In this document: in pieces, positions 1-9,500 of the stretch
Position numbering within the stretch: the stretch's first letter is position 1
Layout of the letters: the number at the start of each line of letters is the position of its first letter
Source of the DNA: an uncultured Nitrososphaerota archaeon
Lineage (GTDB): Archaea; Korarchaeota; Korarchaeia; Korarchaeales; Korarchaeaceae
Assembly (NCBI GenBank): GCA_964480775.1
Contig: CAYZRF010000001.1
Location: 88,201-120,200, forward strand
Direction: 5' to 3'
Length of the DNA: 32,000 nucleotides
The notes under the pieces: generated by a model
Database searches by the model: none
Seen by the model: only the letters and a program-made list of their open reading frames with translations
What the model was told of the DNA's origin: nothing
Translations under genes and position numbers: made by a program

Positions 1-430
1 TGTCTATCTCCCTCTCAGTTTTTGTAATTGAAGGACTTTACGGAATAACCAAAAAGGGCACTTCTACTGGTCACTCAACAACGAAGGTGAATATGATAGA
101 GAACTTCCAAAAGGAAGAAATTGCCCTATTTAAGGAGTTTAAAAGACAGAGGAAGGAAATGACATTTGAAGAAGCCGCTGAATTCCTAATAAAGTACACA
201 GGAATGGTAAGGGATGCTGCAATATCCGAGGTTCAATGGTATACCATGAACCCCATATCCTCTCTCCTATCTGCTAGGAAAAGCACCTAATACTAGAGTT
301 GAAGAAAGAGCTAGCAAAAAGCTGGGTGAGAAATTTGATTTAAAGAAGTTTCACGGTACAATGCTTACGCTGGAGTTTGTCTTTCAAATATATGAGAGAA
401 CTTGTTATAGAGAAATTTGTTGATAGCTAA
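1..430 (+). pseudogene. Decayed 3' end of a DUF885-family-like gene entering from the left edge; the frame breaks about four times
   Basis: Frame 0 is open from the window edge to 290 (...EGLYGIT...EEAAEFL...EVQWYTMNP). The expected continuation is scattered over other frames: YPLSYLLGK (frame 1, ~256), LILELKKELAK (frame 2, ~287), KLGEKFDLKKFHGTMLTL (frame 1, 322-372) and SLSFKYMRELVIEKFVDS* (frame 2, 374-430). Rejoined, it matches my recollection of the DUF885 C-terminus (EV.RY..PGQA.SY..G ... LG.KFDL..FH..vL). No search was run. Confidence 0.45.
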
Positions 431-442
431 CCTTTGCAAACA

Positions 443-2269
443 TTATCTAATCATTCTCTTTCTCAGCATATTAGCTAATAGCTCAAGAGTTCTATTTACC
501 TCTATAAGAGTTTCTTCCATATTTTTGTTCTCGTCTTCAGTGTAGGAACCACCCTCTAATGAACTAATTAGCTGCTTCACATGCTCTAACCCCTTTCTCT
601 CCTCGCTGAGTTCTGTTCCTAGGAATTCTTCTAATCCTCTTAGAACTTCTTCAAATGCAGCCGCTTTCTGCCTAGCCACTTCGATACTTACTCCAACGGG
701 CGAGAGGGCTCCTGCAAGAACAAGGTTCTCTCCAGATAATGAGATGTCCCCGACTTCCTTTACGATCCTTTCAACAACCCACTTTCTCCACCTTGGAGGA
801 ATAAACTCAAGTTCTCCTATGGATACGGAGCCTCTTTCCCTCACTAGGGAAAGTATTCTTCTTCTCCATATGGGATATAACCTTAACAAGTCTTGAAGGA
901 CTTCTTCTGAAGCTCTTGCTCCTCTTACAAGCTCCTTTGTCCTCTTTGTTATTTCTTGAACCTTCTTCTCCAGAGGAATATCGGATTCCAAGATTTTGAC
1001 AAGCTTCTGTATTTGGCGTTTGACCCTTTGAGACTTCCTGGTGTCCTCAGGGATCTTCCCAAGTTCCTTAATTGCCTTGCTCAGCTCGACTATTAATTTG
1101 ATATCTTTCAATACGGTCTCTGCCTTTTGAACAAGGCCATCTAGCTCAGCACTTTCAAGAATCGACTCAATCCCCGAAACAGAATTTAGATCCTTTTTCA
1201 GGGATTCGACCATATTTGAAAAGAAGTTTGTCCCTATCAAAGAATCTAAGGTTGGTACATCGTTTTCCACCTCTTTTAGTGCCTCGAAGAGTTCTATCCT
1301 CTTTTCTAGTAGCGAACTTATGCTTTCTGATTGAATTAATAACTGAGATAGCTCTTTTTCTAATTCTTGTGCCGAAGATATGGCCTCTTCATAGCACTCC
1401 GGTCCTGCTTTCTTACATTTATCTCTAATTCTCGAAATAAGCACATCCTTCCAACTTAAGTATTCATCAATGAATGAAAGCTTCAATCCTGCCTCAGAAG
1501 CTTGCTCTGAGACCTTCCCTAGCTCTTCAAATCTCTGCTTTATCTTCTTCAGATGTTCCTCAAGCTCCTCCTTCTTATCGAATAAGATCTTGCACTCAGC
1601 CTCTAACTCATCTAGCCTCGTAGTGAGCCTTGGGAGGTTTTCAACATAGAAGGTTAAGGTTTCTGGAGTAATTTCTCCACTAACGACTGACTTCAGACCT
1701 TTCTCAATTCTTAAAAGCTCATCTCTAAGCCCTATAGGCTCTAAACCAAGCCTATCCATTTTATCGAGCAATGAGCTACACTTTTCCATTAGATCTCTCG
1801 TTTTAACCCTTAGAGCTTCCACCGCAGATTGTGAAGCATCTTCCATCGCACTATCTATCTCTTCAATCAATTTCCTGAATCTCTCCTCATACTGCTGGAT
1901 AGTTGAGCTAAGGAACATCTTTCTATTGAATAGAATCTTCCTGTTGTAGTGTTCATCCTCGACCATCGAGCTTAGAAGATGTTGAAGCATTAGCTCTAAT
2001 CTGGAAGCTGGATCCTCAGATCCAAAGATAGTTGGATCGAGAAGTTTGATCGTTTTTACAAATCTCTTAAGGTTGTTACAGGCCATCATAGCTTTCTCTA
2101 CAAGCTCTAGCAGCCCATCCTTCTTTAGATTCTTCAAAAAAGACTCTACTCTCTTTTCATCGTGACCTCGCTCAGCAAGGTACGTAAAGAGGTCTATTTC
2201 ATCTGGTGGCTCGCTCAATCTGAAAAGATGTGTAGAGTATGAGGATAAAAAATTATAGGTGGAAAACAA
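443..2269 (-). CDS. Long coiled-coil protein with winged-helix-like segments; function unknown
   Basis: 608-aa ORF rich in E/K/L heptad-like sequence. It has no Walker motifs. The C-terminal third has a wHTH-like stretch (RRRILSLVRERGSVSIGELE). The longest ORF starts at TTG; another in-frame TTG lies 17 codons downstream, so the start is uncertain. It is divergent from the GTPase gene. Confidence 0.6.
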   Translation of the reverse strand: MFSTYNFLSSYSTHLFRLSEPPDEIDLFTYLAERGHDEKRVESFLKNLKKDGLLELVEKAMMACNNLKRFVKTIKLLDPTIFGSEDPASRLELMLQHLLSSMVEDEHYNRKILFNRKMFLSSTIQQYEERFRKLIEEIDSAMEDASQSAVEALRVKTRDLMEKCSSLLDKMDRLGLEPIGLRDELLRIEKGLKSVVSGEITPETLTFYVENLPRLTTRLDELEAECKILFDKKEELEEHLKKIKQRFEELGKVSEQASEAGLKLSFIDEYLSWKDVLISRIRDKCKKAGPECYEEAISSAQELEKELSQLLIQSESISSLLEKRIELFEALKEVENDVPTLDSLIGTNFFSNMVESLKKDLNSVSGIESILESAELDGLVQKAETVLKDIKLIVELSKAIKELGKIPEDTRKSQRVKRQIQKLVKILESDIPLEKKVQEITKRTKELVRGARASEEVLQDLLRLYPIWRRRILSLVRERGSVSIGELEFIPPRWRKWVVERIVKEVGDISLSGENLVLAGALSPVGVSIEVARQKAAAFEEVLRGLEEFLGTELSEERKGLEHVKQLISSLEGGSYTEDENKNMEETLIEVNRTLELLANMLRKRMIR

Positions 2270-2392
2270 TGGGAAAAAGTGGGAAATTTGTTAACACAGG
2301 AATCTAACTTGGGAACAATCACCATCAAAGCAACCTTTAATTTTAGATAGGAACTTTTCTTTTTGTCCCTTCGAAGGGCTAGGGAGCAACAG

Positions 2393-3019
2393 ATGAAGAA
2401 GGTAAAAATATACGTCACTGGGCCTTTTCAGGCAGGAAAAAGCTCGATAATCCACAGACTTGACCCAGAGTCTCTTAGCATAGATTATGAAAAGAGAGAG
2501 TTTTCAACCACCGTTGGATTTGATCTAGGAATCCTTTTCTGGAACGTAGACAGGGGGGAGATACTAACCAGATCGGAGTACCAAGCCAAGTTCTCTGAAT
2601 ACGTGTACGACGAGGTATGGGAGATAGTTCTAATGGGAACTCCAGGTCAAAAGAGATTCGCTCCTGTCAGAGAAATTCTAGCAAAAGGGGCAGCAGGGGT
2701 TTTGCTGGTGATTGACAGCACAAAAATAGGTCAAGTAGGCGTCGCTCTTGCAATATATGAGGAAGTCAGGGCATTTCTAGGTGATGATGCGCCAATGGTA
2801 ATACTTGCTAACAAGCAAGATCTGGACTCTGCAGCTGATATAGAATTGATAAGAAGCATTATGAAAATAAACCCATCTCAACTGTATGGAACGTCGGCTA
2901 GAGATGGAACCAACGTCAAGGAGGCTTTGATCTCCCTTCTGACCATGATTAGAAAGAGAGAATTTGAGAGAGCACTAAAAACGAGGGAAGAACTAAGTTC
3001 TGATAGACCTCCCTCATGA
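2393..3019 (+). CDS. Small Ras-superfamily GTPase, MglA-like (COG2229-type)
   Basis: P-loop GPFQAGKSS, G3 motif GTPGQ (lacks the Asp of DxxGQ, as in MglA TVPGQ), G4 NKQD and G5 TSAR. I placed the start at ATG 2393, preceded by GGGAG, rather than the TTG at 2363 of the ORF track. Confidence 0.8.
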   Translation: MKKVKIYVTGPFQAGKSSIIHRLDPESLSIDYEKREFSTTVGFDLGILFWNVDRGEILTRSEYQAKFSEYVYDEVWEIVLMGTPGQKRFAPVREILAKGAAGVLLVIDSTKIGQVGVALAIYEEVRAFLGDDAPMVILANKQDLDSAADIELIRSIMKINPSQLYGTSARDGTNVKEALISLLTMIRKREFERALKTREELSSDRPPS

Positions 3020-3141
3020 TAACTCAAAGCTTTACACTTAAATGGATATTTTTCCTTAGAAGGTTCCTCATGACCTTATATTAAGCTTCTTTGAGGTAAA
3101 ACTTAAAAGATTGTGTCTATTTCTACAATAGAGGTGATTGA

Positions 3142-3519
3142 GTGTCTACGAGATTAGAAAAAATCGAAGAAAAGCTAAGAGATCTTGAAGCCGCTGTTCC
3201 AAATATAGAAGGGAGTGCGGTCATTAGCCTCGATGGTCTAGTAATGGCTAGCAGGTTTAGGTCAGATGTCTCCGAAGAAAGAGTAGCAGCAATGAGTTCA
3301 GCTCTTCTGAGCATAGCTGAAAGAATAAATGAGGAACTTGGTAGAGGAGAGTTTCAAAGAGCTCTTGTTACTGGTAGCGACGGATTCATAGTTTTGAATC
3401 CGGCTGGTCCAGATGCTTTGGTGGCTTGTATTTGCTCAAAGGAAGCTAAGTTAGGCATGGTGTTCTACGAACTTGACAAGCTTTCTAAGGAATTGGCTCA
3501 AATAATATCTGGGCCTTAA
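3142..3519 (+). CDS. Roadblock/LC7 domain protein (MglB-like)
   Basis: 125 aa with the typical Roadblock pattern (GSAVISLDGLVMAS ... ALVTGSDGFIVL). GTG start preceded by GAGGTGAT. It lies 122 nt downstream of the GTPase on the same strand. Confidence 0.75.
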   Translation: MSTRLEKIEEKLRDLEAAVPNIEGSAVISLDGLVMASRFRSDVSEERVAAMSSALLSIAERINEELGRGEFQRALVTGSDGFIVLNPAGPDALVACICSKEAKLGMVFYELDKLSKELAQIISGP

Positions 3520-3569
3520 TTGCCTGTATTTCGTTAAAGTTATGCTTGCGATAATAGAGGAAGTTGTAG

Positions 3570-3821
3570 ATGTTCTTTAAGACTTTTATCTCTATAATAG
3601 TAAGCCTTTCAATTGATTTTGTTTTTAATTACAATCTTGTTTTGGATTTGTATTTGTTATCTGCTATTTTGATACTCTCAATAGCTGCTCTATTGCGAGC
3701 GGTTACCATTAAAAAATACGGGAGAAAAGGTGCAGAAGAGATATTATGGGCCAGGTTGGCTGCATGGATAGGCATAGCTTGTGGTTATATGCTTCTTATC
3801 GCCCATTTTTTGCTTAGATAA
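3570..3821 (+). CDS. Small hydrophobic membrane protein (2-3 predicted TM helices), unknown function
   Basis: ATG preceded by GAGGAAG. 83 aa, strongly hydrophobic, with a basic loop (KKYGRKG). No recognisable family. Confidence 0.45.
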   Translation: MFFKTFISIIVSLSIDFVFNYNLVLDLYLLSAILILSIAALLRAVTIKKYGRKGAEEILWARLAAWIGIACGYMLLIAHFLLR

Positions 3822-3879
3822 GTTATGCTACTTCAAAAAATCAGAAAAATTTTTGAGTAAAAGAAAGATCCTACACCAC

Positions 3880-4296
3880 ATGCCTCCTGAAGGAGTAGTC
3901 AGAACTGGCATTTCTTTGCCTAAAAAGCTTCTTGATAGACTTGATGAGCTAAGACAAAGCCTAGGAATTGAAAGCCGATCAAAAGCAATCCAAGAAGCGA
4001 TAAACACTTTTATCTCTGAGAAGATTTGGTTATTGGGCAAGGAAGAAGCTGTAGTTGCAGGTAGCGTCACAATATTTTACACACATGGCAAGGGAGATGT
4101 TGAGAGGAAACTTGTCGAACTCCAACATTTCTTTTTAGATCTTATCAGATCTACAACTCATGTGCATGTAACTGAAGAAAAGTGCATGGAAGTCATTCTT
4201 GTGGTTGGAAGTGTAAAGAAGTTGAGGGATCTAGTTTCATACATTGAGACCCTTAAGGCGGTGGAGGAAGTGAGAACCTCTCTTCACATCGTGTGA
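3880..4296 (+). CDS. nikR: NikR-family nickel-responsive regulator (RHH plus ACT-like metal-binding domain)
   Basis: N-terminal ribbon-helix-helix (RTGISLPKKLLDRLDEL). The C-terminal part aligns by eye to E. coli NikR: GSVTIFYTH..., QH..., THVHVTEEKC reproduces the H-x-H-x5-C high-affinity Ni site. Start set to ATG 3880; the ORF-track extension from 3781 overlaps the previous gene. Confidence 0.8.
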   Translation: MPPEGVVRTGISLPKKLLDRLDELRQSLGIESRSKAIQEAINTFISEKIWLLGKEEAVVAGSVTIFYTHGKGDVERKLVELQHFFLDLIRSTTHVHVTEEKCMEVILVVGSVKKLRDLVSYIETLKAVEEVRTSLHIV

Positions 4297-4338
4297 GTGC
4301 AAGTTTATGATTGAAGCAAATACGATTGTAAAATCAGC

Positions 4339-6012
4339 ATGGCTGACAATAAACAAAAGGTCCGAATCGTTAGCTCGGGAAGCATTCTTGATGCCTTCAG
4401 GCTTAACAGAAAAGAGTTAGCCTTTCTCTTAATTATCTATATCTTAGGAGTTGTCTTGAGATTAGCTCCTAGGTTAGAAATAGACAGCCATCTTCTTACG
4501 TTTCAAGGCGACGTTTGGTATAGGGTCTGTATGGCCCAATACATAAAGGATCATAAGACCCTTCCAGAGCCAGACATAAGGTACAGGCCCTATGGATACG
4601 TTCCAATGTGGTATCCCCCATTATCCCCCATACTTTTGGCTCTAGGAAGCTGGATAACTGGACTAGACATACCGACGGTCTGTTCAAGGGTTCTTCCATT
4701 TTTTGAGGCTCTTTCTCCACTAACGATGTATTTTCTTGGTAGAATGCTTTATGATAAGGTGACTGGAGCTGTTTCTACTCTTATGGTTGCTTTCACTCCT
4801 TCCTTTGTGTACTTCACAGGAATAGCTGATCCACAGTCATTTACTGCATTCTTAGTTCCTGTGATCATGACTATATGGGTGCTCCAGGCCAGAAATCCAG
4901 ATGAGAAAAAACTCATAATAGTCGCTCTTTTGCTTACAATAAACTTCCTAACGCATCTCTCATACTTCTTAGTTGTTTGGGAGATGGTAATGATAAGCAT
5001 AGCTCTTTTTATTCAAGGACAAGCGGAAAGAAGAATCTTCAAGGACTTACTTTTAGTCTTTGGAATGTCTCAGCTAATTACTTCTCCTTGGTGGCTTCCC
5101 AGAAACCTTTATTGGTGGTGGATTAGGGTTCTAGTAACATCAAGTGGTCTTTACCCATTGGTCTCACACATAAGTTACTACGGGATGTTCGCTTGGGTAG
5201 TAGGGGCCCTTTCCATTCTGTTGCTCACAATTAGAAACCCAAAAAGACATCTCTTCGTCTTACTATGGTCCATTCCAAACCTCATAGAATCGAATAATGA
5301 GATCATCTTGTCAGCCCTTGGATTGGGGAGACTTGCATGGGAAACTCTAGCTAAACCTTTGGAGGGTTTTAGGTTCTTCCCATTCCTAGCTCAGCCATTC
5401 TCGATGGCAACAGCCGTTGCTTCAGTTGGACCTTTAAGGAATAAGGGGATTGAAGACAGAAGGTTGCTCTGTTTTATTGTAACTGTGCTTTTGTTTGGAC
5501 AAGGAATTAATCTCTATTATTATAGATTACCTTTGAGGTTCCAGCTATCTGGTTTAGTAGTAGAAGAATATGAAGCTGCTCTATGGTTTAGAAACAACAC
5601 TGGCCCCAAAGCAAGGATAGCCGCCGACTACTACAGAGCCCAGATGTTTGCTGGCGTGTGCGGAGGCAAAGCCTTAATAGGCGGAGTTTTTCCTTTGAGA
5701 AACGTTAATTATCCCTACATAAAGGCCCCAGGAAGAGTTCAAAATGATCTTTACGTTTTATACAGCACCTCTAGCCCTTTAGTAGCTTACAACATAGCTA
5801 AACGCTACAATCTAACCCACATCTTTTATTCCACGAACATGGAGCTTTACGGAAACCTGCTTTCCTCCTATAAGCCAGCATATGAATTCGGGGTTGACAT
5901 CAATAAAGAGAAATTCAAAGATAAATCCTTCTTCGAGATAATTTACAGGAGAAATGCTACTTTTGGCGAAGTTTGGATAATAAGAGTATGTGGAATTCCA
6001 GAAGACTCATGA
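4339..6012 (+). CDS. GT-C fold polytopic membrane glycosyltransferase, STT3/AglB-like (divergent)
   Basis: Multi-TM N-terminal part. The first-loop pattern FQGDVWY...DIRYRPYGYVPMWYPPL resembles the STT3/AglB EL1 acidic motif plus yP.G...PPL. The soluble C-terminal part has EEYEAALWFRNNTGPKARIAADYYRAQMF where AglB has ...WL..NT....v.SWWDYG. Confidence 0.45.
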   Translation: MADNKQKVRIVSSGSILDAFRLNRKELAFLLIIYILGVVLRLAPRLEIDSHLLTFQGDVWYRVCMAQYIKDHKTLPEPDIRYRPYGYVPMWYPPLSPILLALGSWITGLDIPTVCSRVLPFFEALSPLTMYFLGRMLYDKVTGAVSTLMVAFTPSFVYFTGIADPQSFTAFLVPVIMTIWVLQARNPDEKKLIIVALLLTINFLTHLSYFLVVWEMVMISIALFIQGQAERRIFKDLLLVFGMSQLITSPWWLPRNLYWWWIRVLVTSSGLYPLVSHISYYGMFAWVVGALSILLLTIRNPKRHLFVLLWSIPNLIESNNEIILSALGLGRLAWETLAKPLEGFRFFPFLAQPFSMATAVASVGPLRNKGIEDRRLLCFIVTVLLFGQGINLYYYRLPLRFQLSGLVVEEYEAALWFRNNTGPKARIAADYYRAQMFAGVCGGKALIGGVFPLRNVNYPYIKAPGRVQNDLYVLYSTSSPLVAYNIAKRYNLTHIFYSTNMELYGNLLSSYKPAYEFGVDINKEKFKDKSFFEIIYRRNATFGEVWIIRVCGIPEDS

Positions 6013-6149
6013 AACTTTTCTGAGTGAGTTAAACGAGAGTGGGAGTATTTTCAAGGAGTAATACAATTTTATTTTGGGAAATCACTGAAATCTATGGGCG
6101 TCATAACAGCAAGAACGGGTGTTTAACCGTGGAAGAAAGTGAAAAGTCT

Positions 6150-6578
6150 ATGATGAAGAGTTTTTTGGATAAAGGAAATGTAGTAGCTGTTGTAGGAGCT
6201 ACAATAAACAAAGAAAAGTTCGGATACAAGGTCTATAAAGTTGTCAAAAAGGCTGGCTTCAAAGTTTATCCTGTAAACCCAAAATATCAAGAAGTAGATG
6301 GTGACAGATGCTATGCATCTCTAAAAGAAGTTCCAGAAAAGCCAGATGTCGTTATAACGATAGTTCCACCAAAAGTTACCGAAGAGATCGTAAGACAATG
6401 TAAGGAGCTTGGAATAGGAAAGGTTTGGATGCAACCAGGATCTGAATCCGAAAAGGCGATTTCCTATTGCCATAAAAACGGTATAGAAGTTGTTCATCAC
6501 GCTTGTTTTGTAGTTGATGGTCTGAAAGGGTCATTTGACGAGGAATTATCTGCTCCAAAGTGGGAGCTTCCAAAATAA
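6150..6578 (+). CDS. CoA-binding domain protein (YccU/COG1832-like)
   Basis: VAVVGATINKEKFGYKVYKVVKKAGFKVYPVNPKYQEVDG..CYASLKEVPEKPDVVITIVPP is the classic CoA_binding_2 pattern. Start set to ATG 6150, giving 142 aa (typical size), rather than 6039. Confidence 0.8.
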   Translation: MMKSFLDKGNVVAVVGATINKEKFGYKVYKVVKKAGFKVYPVNPKYQEVDGDRCYASLKEVPEKPDVVITIVPPKVTEEIVRQCKELGIGKVWMQPGSESEKAISYCHKNGIEVVHHACFVVDGLKGSFDEELSAPKWELPK

Positions 6579-6582
6579 ATCC

Positions 6583-9500
6583 TTATACTTTGACTAAAGA
6601 TCTTATCTCATGATAGACTTCCTTTATCGCCTCTTGATACTCAAATCTTCCCTCTTCTATCATGGACATTTTTTCCTCAAGAGTTCTGGTTCTATCCTCA
6701 CTAATTAAGGTTGGATACTTCTTAGTTAGAAAGTCATACACCGTGATCCCTATCTTTGTTGGTATCAATTTTCCATTCTTTTCAATTACATATCTTCTCA
6801 TAAGGAGCTTTTGTAGGATTACAGCATAGGTAGATGGCCTTCCTATCCCCCTTTCCCTCATTGTTGCGATGACCTCTCCTTGAGTGTAGAGAGGAACCTT
6901 TGGGGCCCTTTTGTGCTTAATTCTCACCAAAATCTCTCCAGACTTTAGAGGCCTCTCAATCCTAAACCTGTATGGATAGATCATGGTCCAGCCAGGAATC
7001 GTTGCCTCTACGTACCTCTCTAGATCAGATGATGCTCCCGCTATCATAACCTTAATCCTTTGCTTCTTTAACCTAGCATTCTCACTCATTGAAGCCATGA
7101 ACCTCCTGAATATCAGGTCATACAGCCTCATATGGTTCCTTTTGAGCTCTACTTGGGGTTTAAGAAGGCCTTCTCTCATGTATCTTATGAGATCGTCTAC
7201 AGTCATGGGCTTAGTGGGACGTATGCACTCGTGAGCGCCCTCTCCTTCCCAAACCCTCGGCCTGAATTTTTCACCAAGGAAAACTCTTGCAACCCTCAGC
7301 CCTGCCTCGGATACTCTATGACTGTCAGTTCTATGGTAGGTTATAAGACCAGCTTCAAAGAGGTTCTGAGCAAGGCTCATTGTTTCTGAAGCCCCGAGCT
7401 TAAGAACCCTGTTGGCTTCCTTCAACATCTCATCAGTGGTGAAAGGAGGCGGCGGAGGAACGTTGACATATTCTTCAGCAACAACTTCGACATAGGCCTT
7501 GGTTTCACCTGGCTTGCCCACCTTTCCTTCAATTCTAAAACATATTCCGTCTCCCTCAATCAGTGTGATATCCTCCCTCTTGAGGTGTTCTTTGTATCTT
7601 TGGATTATCCAGCCAAGAGTAGGTGTTTGAGCTCTTCCAGCGGAGAGATTCCTGTTCTTGAATACTTTCTGAAGAATCTGGCTTAGCTCAAAGCCAATCC
7701 ATCTGTCCTCTATTCTTCTAACAATTTGCGCCTTTACTCTATTTTCTGAGATATCTCTAAGCTCAGAGAGAGCCTTGATTATAGCGGATTTGGTGACCTC
7801 GTGGAATTCTGCCCTAAAAACATCCTTGGAAAAGGGTCTAATTAGCGAAGCTATGTCCCAAGCTATCTTCTCTCCCTCAACATCAGGATCTGTGCCTATG
7901 ATGACCCTCTCATTTTCAAATGCAAGCCTTCTAAGCACTCGAAGAGTGCGCTTGGAATCCAAGATGTTGCTTGAACCACAAACAGGACAATTTTCTCCTT
8001 CTGTAAACTGATATCCACACACCTGACATCTCTTCAAGGTGCAGTAAACTGGTACAAAGAGATCATCCTCAACTAGCACTCCATGATACCCTTCCTTGGT
8101 GGACAGATCTACAACGTGACCTCCGGTCGCAACTATTGTCACTAGCTGATTGCCTGTTGAAAAATCGTAGGCTGGTAGTCCCTCTATGTTCCGTCTACTT
8201 GGCCTACCAAAGAAGCTGGCGATTGTTCTGGCCTTATTTGGACTCTCAACTATGAAAAGGAGGGTTTTAGGCATCATTTCAGGAGGAACTTTCTTCCCCT
8301 TCAGTCCACGGATCCTCTTTCTGTCTGAATCAATCTCTTCTTTCAAAGATTCCAAGTTGACTTGGTCGATTGGCTTGAATTCTATGTCAAAAATACTAGC
8401 TCTCTTAACAAATGCGTTTAAAAGAGAGCCTTCTTCGATCAGGAAGGCTGCTCCCTTAGACAGACCACCCGGGAAGAGTCTTGACGTTCTTCCTGAGCCT
8501 TGAATGTAGGTCCTTATGTCAGGTAGTAGTACCTTGATCCCATTTTCGTACCTTACCACCACATCCCCTAAACCTGAGAGTTTCTCCCAAAATTCGCTGT
8601 TAGACAGAATTTGGGATAGAAGATCCTTGGCTCTAGCAAGATCTTCCTCAACAAAACGTCCACTCCTAAGTTTAAGCGATAAGAGCTTGGATTCCCTACC
8701 CAACAAAGGAGCTATGGTTGAAAGAACTGTGCCGATGGCTCTAGGGCTGGCTTCTTCCAGTTTCTCCAAAGAAAACTCGAAATGAGGGGCTCCATAAAAG
8801 ACAGCATATCTAATCCTCTCAGGGAGGTCTAATCCCCTAACTAATACTCCATACGGTTTAGCAGCTCCTACGAGAGCATCTAACTCTCTAGAGGCAAAGG
8901 CCTGAATGCTTGTCTCCTTGGAGCCTGAAACTTCCTCAGCTCTAAGTCCAGCTGACTCTAAGGCATCGATAACCTCATCTACCAACTCAAGCTTTGGAAC
9001 GTAGACAAGAAGGCCTCCTCCCATCGTTTGAGCTATTTCAGATAGGATTTCCTTGCTTTTATCTGGAACTTCTATGTCCTCTACGTTTCTTAGGACTCCT
9101 TCCCTCAAAACCCCTATGTCAAATCCAAGGAGCCTCCTGAACAGAATAGCCCTCCTACCAGGTCTGGCTGTTGCTGAAGATAGCATTATAACGCCTTTAG
9201 GTAGATCTTTCCTCTCTATTTTCACTGCTCTTAGAGCCGACTCCACGACTTCATGGGGAAAACCAAGCAGGACAAGAACTCTATCGACGTTCTTTGAGTT
9301 CTTCAAAAGAGAATCCACATCATCAACGAATATGAAGGAGAACGTGTTGTTTGCAAGAATATCAGATCTTCTTGCTAAGAACTGAGATGTTATGATAAGT
9401 ACATCGAAATTCCCCTCTTTGATCGTCTCTAAGAGCCTTTCCCTTTCCCTTACCTTCCTAACGCCGCCATAAGCAACTATTCTAAGTTCGAGACCACCTT

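Noticed and set aside
87-290. 67-aa ORF from the ORF track as an independent small gene
   Set aside because: The frame is open back to the window edge and the peptide continues in other frames downstream. It is better explained as part of the disrupted DUF885-like gene.
2363-2392. TTG-initiated 10-codon extension of the GTPase
   Set aside because: ATG 2393 is preceded by GGGAG and puts the P-loop at the normal distance from the N-terminus.
3781-3879. N-terminal extension of the NikR ORF (171 aa version) overlapping the 83-aa membrane protein gene
   Set aside because: The extension is hydrophobic and low-complexity, and it overlaps the upstream gene. NikR homology begins right after the internal ATG at 3880, giving a typical 138-aa NikR.
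3880-4296. NikR as part of a nickel-uptake locus
   Set aside because: There are no adjacent ABC or NiCoT transporter genes. The neighbours are a small membrane protein and a glycosyltransferase-like protein, so only the regulator call is supported.
6039-6149. N-terminal extension of the CoA-binding protein ORF
   Set aside because: The CoA-binding domain starts right after Met38. The 142-aa version matches the usual family size. The extension has no supporting features.
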